From a virus, in IMG/VR virus record IMGVR_UViG_3300000271_000001, positions 1 through 47,681 of that record: a stretch of 47,681 nucleotides of DNA, one strand, 5' to 3'. How positions within the stretch are numbered: position 1 is the first letter of the stretch; each line of letters opens with the position of its first letter. The notes below the pieces were generated by a model. That model did not search any database. It worked only from the letters and a program-made list of their open reading frames with translations, and was not told the DNA's origin. This document shows, in pieces, positions 41,771 through 47,681 of the stretch. A program made the translations under genes and the position numbers.

Positions 41771-42780
41771 TGTTTAACACGAATGAAGTCCAGGTTATCG
41801 AATCGACACCAGGCCAGCTGCAGAACCCGCAGCAAAATATGATCGGGGAAGCGATTGCGCGCGCTGCTGCTGCGCAGATACAGGCCAGGATCGTTCAGTC
41901 GTTCCAGCGTCCGCGCGACATGATGCAGTGCTATACCGGTGCAATGAAGGAAATCGAACGACCTTCGCTTGCAGCAATGGCGACCTATGCGTTCCCTCGC
42001 GGGGGACAGACGGTCACTGGTCCTTCGATCAAGGTGATCACCATGATCGCCAGACACTTTCGGAACCTTGACTTTGACTGGGCTGAACTGCAGCGCTTCG
42101 AAGGTTATTCCCTCTGCCAGGCCTGGTGCATCGACCTGGAAGCGAACAACGGACACAAGCGGACGTTCACCGTCAACCATACCCGCGACACCAGACAGGG
42201 ACCGAAGAAACTCACAGACGAACGCGATATCGCGGAAAAGATCGCAAACATTGCCACGCGAAACATGCGCTCCTGCATGGAAAAAATGATCCCCGACGAC
42301 ATCGTCGCAGACGTGGTGGAAAAAGCGAAACAGGTGATCGCGAAAGGGGACGGGAAACAGCCCTGGGAAATTCGTCTGCGGAATATGCTGGTCGCGTTCG
42401 ACAAGCTGGGTGTCACGAAAGAAATGATCGAAAAGCGCCTTAAGCATGCTTACGATCAGGTTGATCAGGATGAATTCGCTGAACTGTATGGAATATACAA
42501 TTCGCTGAAAGACAAACAGGCATCGCGCGAGGATTTCTTTCCCGACTTTATCAGTGAGGACGCGACGAACGTGACCGAGCTGAACGCGAAGGGAGCGAAG
42601 GAAAGCGAGGAAAAGAAGCGCGCAGATTGGCTTGCGAAAATCGACAAAGCGATCGACATGAAAATCCAGGCTGGAATGGACATGATCGCAATAGAGGACC
42701 GAATCAAAATGGGACGCGATTCAATCAAAAACCTTCCTATGAATCAGCTGAAAGCGGTACTGGAAGTGCTTTTAAAATAG
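41770..42780 (+). CDS. putative single-strand annealing/recombination protein
   Basis: 336 aa with a TAATG overlap. YAFPRGGQTVTGPSIKVITMIARHF core. The assignment is weak and rests on context with the Gp157-like gene. Confidence 0.35.
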   Translation: MFNTNEVQVIESTPGQLQNPQQNMIGEAIARAAAAQIQARIVQSFQRPRDMMQCYTGAMKEIERPSLAAMATYAFPRGGQTVTGPSIKVITMIARHFRNLDFDWAELQRFEGYSLCQAWCIDLEANNGHKRTFTVNHTRDTRQGPKKLTDERDIAEKIANIATRNMRSCMEKMIPDDIVADVVEKAKQVIAKGDGKQPWEIRLRNMLVAFDKLGVTKEMIEKRLKHAYDQVDQDEFAELYGIYNSLKDKQASREDFFPDFISEDATNVTELNAKGAKESEEKKRADWLAKIDKAIDMKIQAGMDMIAIEDRIKMGRDSIKNLPMNQLKAVLEVLLK

Positions 42781-42847
42781 ACATTGCTTCATAGGTCGCT
42801 GGCCTTTATGGTGCCTGGAAATATCACCCAGGAACGAAAGGCCAGCT

Positions 42848-43048
42848 ATGAAGTGTCCCGAGTGCGCGAAGGAATTGACGATAAGTCACGCGAATGCGAT
42901 ATACGACGCGCACCTGATCTACACACTGATGCAGCCCTATGGCATTGCGCCAGTGACAAGCAGGGACCTTTTGTGTGAAAAGTGTTTCGATCAAAAACTA
43001 GATGAAAAGCTGCGGACCTTGCAGCTGAGTTTTAAACCTTTTGAATAG
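42848..43048 (+). CDS. small zinc-ribbon protein
   Basis: MKCPEC...CEKC, 66 aa. Confidence 0.5.
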   Translation: MKCPECAKELTISHANAIYDAHLIYTLMQPYGIAPVTSRDLLCEKCFDQKLDEKLRTLQLSFKPFE

Positions 43049-43061
43049 TTGAGGGACCGGT

Positions 43062-43406
43062 ATGAAGTTCGAATTTCATTATCTATGGTATGGCGCGGTC
43101 GTCTTAGGGTTTGTCGGTCTGTTCCAAGGCTGGACCTGGGTGGACGCATGGTTCCCCATGTTTGCGCTTGCCATGGCTCAGCTGTCCCGAATTCGCTCGG
43201 GAAAGCCTGAAACCCTTCTGGACCGGTCCTTTAAGTCCTCGCGTGTCGAACGTCTGGCGATCGGATCAGTGTTTGTCGTCGTGCTCGGGATCACTGGCTG
43301 GTTCGTTTACCTGAAATATGTATGGGGACCTGCAAACGAGCGCGCTGGGGTTCAGGAATACCTTGACGCACGCGCGAAGAAACTCGAATCGGAGCGCAGC
43401 AAATGA
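43062..43406 (+). CDS. membrane protein
   Basis: 114 aa with three hydrophobic segments. Confidence 0.55.
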   Translation: MKFEFHYLWYGAVVLGFVGLFQGWTWVDAWFPMFALAMAQLSRIRSGKPETLLDRSFKSSRVERLAIGSVFVVVLGITGWFVYLKYVWGPANERAGVQEYLDARAKKLESERSK

Positions 43407-44269
43407 AACGACTGGTCGCTGTCGTTTGCTTGCTCCCGTCCGTGCTGTATGGTCGTGAACCATACAAACCTGACTTAGGGCTGGACGGTCCCCTATCGGT
43501 CTGGCCATTGGCTGAACCCTCGAAAGCGCTCCCCTCGGGCTTGCTTCCCAAGCGCCTGGAATGGACCGTCGCTGCATCGGGGGACATAGCAGTCGCTGCA
43601 AGGCAGGTGTGTCAGGGCGACACTTTTATTCGATGCGAGTCGGTGAACCCCCAGCCAGTGACAGGAGCGACCGACTGGGGGTTCCGTATGTATAGGAAGG
43701 ATACTGGCGCTTACCTCGGGACGATCGACAGGAACGTGGTCGAGGAAGTTCAGGTGGACTATTCCAGGGCTCGGGACGTTGCTGAACAGCATAATCCCGA
43801 ATCAATGTGGATCGCGCGCAAGGAAACCGAAAAGGCGCAGCTGGAATATATCGCAGCTGCATGCAGCGGGGGAGCGGTTTACTGCACCGCCATGGCGTCG
43901 AAGCTTCAAAAGTTCAAGGAACTGTTCACCGCTGCATGCTCCGTTTGGTCGGGTGTCTGCATAACCAAGGTGAACGAAATGAAGGGCGACATTCAAAAGC
44001 GCATCGACTACGTCAAACAGCAATGCGCTCTAAACGACCAGGCTTGCTTCGATGCCGTGACCAATGGCGGGGAAAGCCAGGAACGCGCGCAGCGTGCGAT
44101 CGAAAAGAACACCCAAGGCGGTTCCGGTATGCGTCCCCCGCATACCCCTTCGACCGCTGGACGACCGCCGTTCATGCCCGGAAGCGGGGACGCTGATCCC
44201 ATGGCCTGGTATGATAAAAGCTGTCAGCACTGCAAGCTTTACGACGGGAAATCCGCAGAGGACTACTGA
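43403..44269 (+). CDS. secreted Cys-rich protein
   Basis: Signal-peptide-like MKRLVAVVCLLPSVLYG. 288 aa with many Cys. Confidence 0.55.
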   Translation: MKRLVAVVCLLPSVLYGREPYKPDLGLDGPLSVWPLAEPSKALPSGLLPKRLEWTVAASGDIAVAARQVCQGDTFIRCESVNPQPVTGATDWGFRMYRKDTGAYLGTIDRNVVEEVQVDYSRARDVAEQHNPESMWIARKETEKAQLEYIAAACSGGAVYCTAMASKLQKFKELFTAACSVWSGVCITKVNEMKGDIQKRIDYVKQQCALNDQACFDAVTNGGESQERAQRAIEKNTQGGSGMRPPHTPSTAGRPPFMPGSGDADPMAWYDKSCQHCKLYDGKSAEDY

Positions 44270-44277
44270 AAGAAAAA

Positions 44278-44310
44278 CGACCGGGGAAACTTTTTAGGTT
44301 TCCCTGGTCG
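44278..44310. terminator. bidirectional hairpin between convergent genes
   Basis: CGACCGGGGAAAC (44278-44290) pairs with GTTTCCCTGGTCG (44298-44310, one G-U pair) around a TTTTTA loop. Confidence 0.55.
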
Positions 44311-44361
44311 CTCAGAACTAGATGATTTAAACCTTCCAAACTATCGTTCGGAATGCTCCCA

Positions 44362-44628
44362 TTAAAACCAGACCACGTTCTTTAAAGCAAACGGAACCTT
44401 TTTCCCCTTAAAGATATGATGAACTTCCAGAACCCTCGGATCGGAAATTTTTTCCTGGAACTTGTTCTTGTTCGTGTCCATAACCCAGCCATCCCTTTCC
44501 ATGTCCCCCTGCTTATAGCGAATCAAGGCGACGAAAGTCGTCGGGTTTTCCTTTTCAACTTTGTCAGCTTTTGCCTTGGGGGTTTCCCCTTCACCGTTCT
44601 GGCCATGAATTTCCAGGTCGTTTTCCAT
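44362..44628 (-). CDS. hypothetical protein (lone inverted gene)
   Basis: 88-aa ORF convergent with 43403..44269. Confidence 0.5.
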   Translation of the reverse strand: MENDLEIHGQNGEGETPKAKADKVEKENPTTFVALIRYKQGDMERDGWVMDTNKNKFQEKISDPRVLEVHHIFKGKKVPFALKNVVWF

Positions 44629-44703
44629 GCTATTCCTCGGGCTGAAATGTTATCTAATCCCAGCATGGTATAAAAACCGCTAGGGAATTTTAAGAGGAAA
44701 ACA

Positions 44704-45321
44704 ATGGACCGAACCGAACTCGAAAAACTCAAGTCCAGTTGGGCGCAAAAAATGGACTTCAATCTGCTAGCTGTTCCAGGGACAGAGGCCTATGCGCAGG
44801 AGCTGAGTCAGTTTGAGCGCGAAGCACGCTACGCTGCATGGGAAGCGGAATACCTAAGGGAGCGGGATATTGTGATCGCTGATCACCAGGCGCAGAACCT
44901 GATATTCGACACGACCGAGGTTTCAGCGACAAGCCTTAAACGAGTCAAAGTGCCAGGCGGCTGGCTCTATATTCATTCAGTAATGGCGAAGGGACTTCCG
45001 GGGAAGGATACCAAGCTGAACCCGAATTCCCCGGTCGCGGTCCAGTCCGCGATGCAGTTCGTCCCCGATACCGACGATCGCAAACTTTCAGGGGCTCAAT
45101 ACCTGGACCACGTTTTATCGACTTTTTTCAGTGGGGATTTTTCGAAGCTGAAAGAGTATATACATTCGTCCCCCAATCTTTCAGCGTTCAAAGCGCGATT
45201 CAGTTTTGCAGGGACCGACGCAGACGAAGTCGATCAGCATGTCGAAGCGCTGGAACAGGTCTGGAAAAACTACTGGGGATTTAGATATGCAATACGGTCG
45301 AAAAATTCAGGCAAGGCTTGA
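44704..45321 (+). CDS. hypothetical protein
   Basis: 205-aa ORF with an AAGAGGAA RBS. Confidence 0.6.
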   Translation: MDRTELEKLKSSWAQKMDFNLLAVPGTEAYAQELSQFEREARYAAWEAEYLRERDIVIADHQAQNLIFDTTEVSATSLKRVKVPGGWLYIHSVMAKGLPGKDTKLNPNSPVAVQSAMQFVPDTDDRKLSGAQYLDHVLSTFFSGDFSKLKEYIHSSPNLSAFKARFSFAGTDADEVDQHVEALEQVWKNYWGFRYAIRSKNSGKA

Positions 45322-45336
45322 AAGGCTTGAAACCCG

Positions 45337-45639
45337 ATGGAAAACGCACCGCAGATTGTCAGGCAAAATATCGGTATTTTTCTTGTCGAAATTGCAGAAC
45401 AGTTTTACGTCGTCGAACACTGTCCCGAAAAGTGTGAAACAAGGTCGGCGTATCGTGCTGACCACGCGAACCCACGTTCCAAGATCCCGAAGGTCGCACC
45501 AGGCTGGACACGTAGCGCAGTCGTCGCGGTGGCGAAAGGACGCAAACGGAAAACAGCCGAAGCATACTTCCATGAGGTTATCAGGGAGCGCAATCGCGCG
45601 TCGTTCATTTCGCTGATGAAAAGTCAGGCTTACCACTGA
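45337..45639 (+). CDS. hypothetical protein
   Basis: 100-aa ORF. Preferred over the Arg/Ser-rich overlapping frame at 45206..45616. Confidence 0.45.
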   Translation: MENAPQIVRQNIGIFLVEIAEQFYVVEHCPEKCETRSAYRADHANPRSKIPKVAPGWTRSAVVAVAKGRKRKTAEAYFHEVIRERNRASFISLMKSQAYH

Positions 45640-45640
45640 T

Positions 45641-45726
45641 GAAAATGGAAGTCCTGGTCGGGGAACCTGCGAGGCTGAAAAGAGCACCCTAAACAGCGCG
45701 CGCAGACCGACCAGGACTGAAAATGG
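45641..45726. repeat. 12-bp inverted repeat flanked by an 8-bp direct repeat
   Basis: AGTCCTGGTCGG (45650-45661) and CCGACCAGGACT (45707-45718), flanked by GAAAATGG at 45641-45648 and 45719-45726. Confidence 0.8.
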
Positions 45727-46020
45727 GTTCATGCAAGTCCGCTTGAGCGGGACCGCAAGGCCCTATTGTATCACGCATGTCCCTCTGCTAGCATGAACTC
45801 GTTCAGGTTTCCCGCACGTTCAGTATCGGACACCTCACACGACGAAACGAAAAATCAAATGCGCATGCTTTCCAAACTTTCAAACATAATTTCCCGTCGA
45901 ACACCTTCCATGATTCATTCCTTGAATTCCTCTATTCATGCTGCTTTGGTGTGTCTGAGTGAATTGGTCGATCCGAATTCAGATATGGTTTTTCATTGAA
46001 TTAAACCGGAGCAAAAAACG

Positions 46021-46188
46021 ATGCAACTTTCGCAGTCTGACAAAGACACTGTCGAACACATTTATTCTGTGTTCAAGGAATTCGATTCGAAAGACAAGGT
46101 GAACAGCGAAACTGCGCTGGCGCTCACTCGCATATTCTTTCAGCTCCCAGACGACGAAGAACCCGCAGAGGACGAACCCGATCAATAG
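46021..46188 (+). CDS. small acidic protein (55 aa)
   Basis: GGAG RBS (about 46009), then ATG 46021 and TAG 46186-46188, translated by hand. Confidence 0.4.
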   Translation: MQLSQSDKDTVEHIYSVFKEFDSKDKVNSETALALTRIFFQLPDDEEPAEDEPDQ

Positions 46189-46265
46189 CCCCACTGGCGC
46201 TGCATCGGGGGACGGGCTATGATCTAAAAAGGCGTGGCCCGCAAACTGAATAAGGATGCAAGCGC

Positions 46266-46409
46266 GTGGATAAGATTCCCGAAGGACGCCTGAAGCGCGT
46301 CGTTATTATCACAATCGCCATCGCGGCAATGGCCAATCCCATAGCTGAAATCCTCATTCAAACGCTGCGCGTCGCTGCAAAGGCGCTGGAAATTTTTGCG
46401 TCCCGGTGA
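46266..46409 (+). CDS. possible small hydrophobic protein (47 aa)
   Basis: GTG 46266 follows AAGGA. The product contains a RVVIITIAIAAMANPIAEILI segment. It is an alternative to the antisense track ORF at 46224..46457. Confidence 0.25.
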   Translation: MDKIPEGRLKRVVIITIAIAAMANPIAEILIQTLRVAAKALEIFASR

Positions 46410-46504
46410 TACTGTTTTTTCACTTAGCCAATGAAACGTATTCAGCCTATCCCGCAAGGGATCGGCTCACAATATATCGAACGCTTTTTTAAGGGGTTTA
46501 GATC

Positions 46505-46717
46505 GTGAGTGATGCGCTGTATCTGAATATGTTTTCGACCTTGCAGAACACTTCCTATGAACGCAAACGCAAAAAACGTCGCTGGCTCATGGAAAAAACC
46601 GTCAAGGCATTGTGCTACGCAGGCGTGATTATCGGAACTGCAGCCTATTCCCCGCAGCCCTTTGAGTCGATGGGACTGGCTGCGCTGGTATGCCTTGTGG
46701 CTGAGTGTTTCCGGTGA
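46505..46717 (+). CDS. small membrane protein
   Basis: GTG start after AAGGGG. A basic stretch is followed by hydrophobic segments. Confidence 0.45.
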   Translation: MSDALYLNMFSTLQNTSYERKRKKRRWLMEKTVKALCYAGVIIGTAAYSPQPFESMGLAALVCLVAECFR

Positions 46718-46998
46718 AGAAAACCGACAGCGCTTCGACCTATGCTCTATTGAACAAACTCGCACTGATGCAAACTGATCTATTCAACTCGCTGCGCGTT
46801 CCTGTCGCAAGCGGACACCAGACGCTTGTTCATAAAGCACTGGAAATCAGATCGCAGGCTGCGGTTAAATTGGCCGAAGCTGCAGCGCTGATCGCTGCGA
46901 CGCATGAAATGATTATCAAGGTGGAGGAACTAAGCGAATATGAATCAGGACCAGAACCAGCAAAAGATCCCGAAGGGGTTCCGCAAGGCGACGCCTGA
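46705..46998 (+). CDS. hypothetical protein
   Basis: 97-aa ORF with operon overlap. Confidence 0.45.
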   Translation: MFPVKKTDSASTYALLNKLALMQTDLFNSLRVPVASGHQTLVHKALEIRSQAAVKLAEAAALIAATHEMIIKVEELSEYESGPEPAKDPEGVPQGDA

Positions 46999-47356
46999 AG
47001 AAATAAAAAGAATGATGCCGCAGATTGAAAAGCAAGTCGAAGAACACGACGCGCAATTGCTGAAGGGTTTGGCTGTTATGGTCACACCCAGAAAACTTGG
47101 TATGGACCCGATGCGGAAACCATACCTGGACATTGGTATGGAAATCACCTGTCCGAATTCACACTGTCAGGCGCATATCGCTTACGTCGTCAAAAAATTG
47201 CGCTTCGATGAACGGATCACCAGCGCTCACTTTCAGGGCGATTCGATTCGCCGCGGCGCTCCCATGAAATGCGTTAAGTGCGGAATGCCCTGGTGTCTGC
47301 CAGAGGATAACTATCGAATTCACACCCGTCTGGGCTGGTTTCCACCTACGGTCTAG
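46940..47356 (+). CDS. hypothetical Cys/His-containing protein
   Basis: 138 aa with a GGAGGA RBS and CPNSHC...CVKCGMPWC motifs. Confidence 0.55.
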   Translation: MNQDQNQQKIPKGFRKATPEEIKRMMPQIEKQVEEHDAQLLKGLAVMVTPRKLGMDPMRKPYLDIGMEITCPNSHCQAHIAYVVKKLRFDERITSAHFQGDSIRRGAPMKCVKCGMPWCLPEDNYRIHTRLGWFPPTV

Positions 47357-47386
47357 GGCATATTCAAGCCATGGGGAGGTTTTCGC

Positions 47387-47681
47387 ATGGCAAAACGTGG
47401 ACCGAAAATCAAGGGACCAACGGACGAAAAGGAATTCAAGCGACTCGAATCGCTCCTTAAGATGCAGTGTACGCTTGAGGAATGCGCGATGTTTTTCGAG
47501 TGCGACCAAAAGACGCTGGAAAAGCGCGTGGTCGAACACTACGGGATCAAATTTTCCGAGCTTTCCGCTAAAAAGAGGGAATACGGAAAAATTTCCATCC
47601 GACGCCGGCAGTGGAAAAAGGGTGTCGTGGACGGCAATGTCACGATGCTTATATGGTTGGGCAAACAATACTGCGGGCAAA
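47387..47681 (+). CDS. terS: small terminase subunit, 5' part (continues at base 83 after the repeat)
   Basis: GGGGAGG RBS 7 nt before ATG 47387. HTH-like TLEECAMFFECDQKTLEKRVVEHYG. There is no stop before the window end. Confidence 0.6.
   Translation, partial: MAKRGPKIKGPTDEKEFKRLESLLKMQCTLEECAMFFECDQKTLEKRVVEHYGIKFSELSAKKREYGKISIRRRQWKKGVVDGNVTMLIWLGKQYCGQ
47600..47681. repeat. terminal direct repeat, copy 2
   Basis: Identical to 1..82. Confidence 0.95.

Noticed and set aside
45206-45616. A 136-aa alternative-frame ORF overlapping 44704-45321 and 45337-45639.
   Set aside because: The translation is very Arg/Ser/Lys-rich and it overlaps two better ORFs.
45766-46194. Track ORFs at 45766-45999 (plus) and 45979-46194 (minus).
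   Set aside because: The first has no RBS and an implausible Ser-rich sequence. The second is antisense to a hand-translated 55-aa + strand ORF (46021-46188) that has a GGAG RBS, although the minus ORF cannot be fully excluded.

Overview
The window is a complete tailed-phage genome with a contractile-tail gene set. It is either circularly closed or terminally redundant: bases 1-82 are identical to 47600-47681 (unit length 47,599 bp), and the small-terminase ORF runs across that junction. Gene order on the + strand is as follows. (1) Head and tail: terS, terL, portal, Mu-F/SPP1-gp7-like head morphogenesis, a Lar-like zinc-ribbon protein, DUF2213-type protease/scaffold, decoration-like protein, major capsid, connectors, sheath, tube, chaperone (with a -1 frameshift candidate), tape measure, baseplate hub and Gp138-type spike. 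(2) A 7.4-kb insulated accessory island (17.26-24.7 kb) that splits the baseplate genes. It holds a 1.9-kb ORF-poor, hairpin-rich stretch plus about 16 orphan ORFs. (3) The rest of the baseplate (W/gp25-like, J-like, I-like) and fibre genes, including a 7-bladed RCC1 propeller, two paralogous GT9-like glycosyltransferases, a SAM-methyltransferase-like protein, an SLT lysin and a collagen-like fibre. (4) A ParB-like protein plus a C5 DNA methyltransferase. (5) A minus-strand block containing a HigB/HigA toxin-antitoxin pair. (6) A repeat-dense divergent control region. (7) An early rightward operon with RHH regulators, a Gp157-like protein, a recombinase-like protein and many orphans. By eye I found no rRNA, tRNA, CRISPR array, reverse transcriptase, integrase, replication enzyme or classical holin/spanin. 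The strongest candidates for something new are the ORF-poor structured region and its island (17.3-24.7 kb), and the glycosyltransferase/methyltransferase/RCC1 cluster embedded in the fibre module. All family assignments come from motif recognition by eye and need profile searches.
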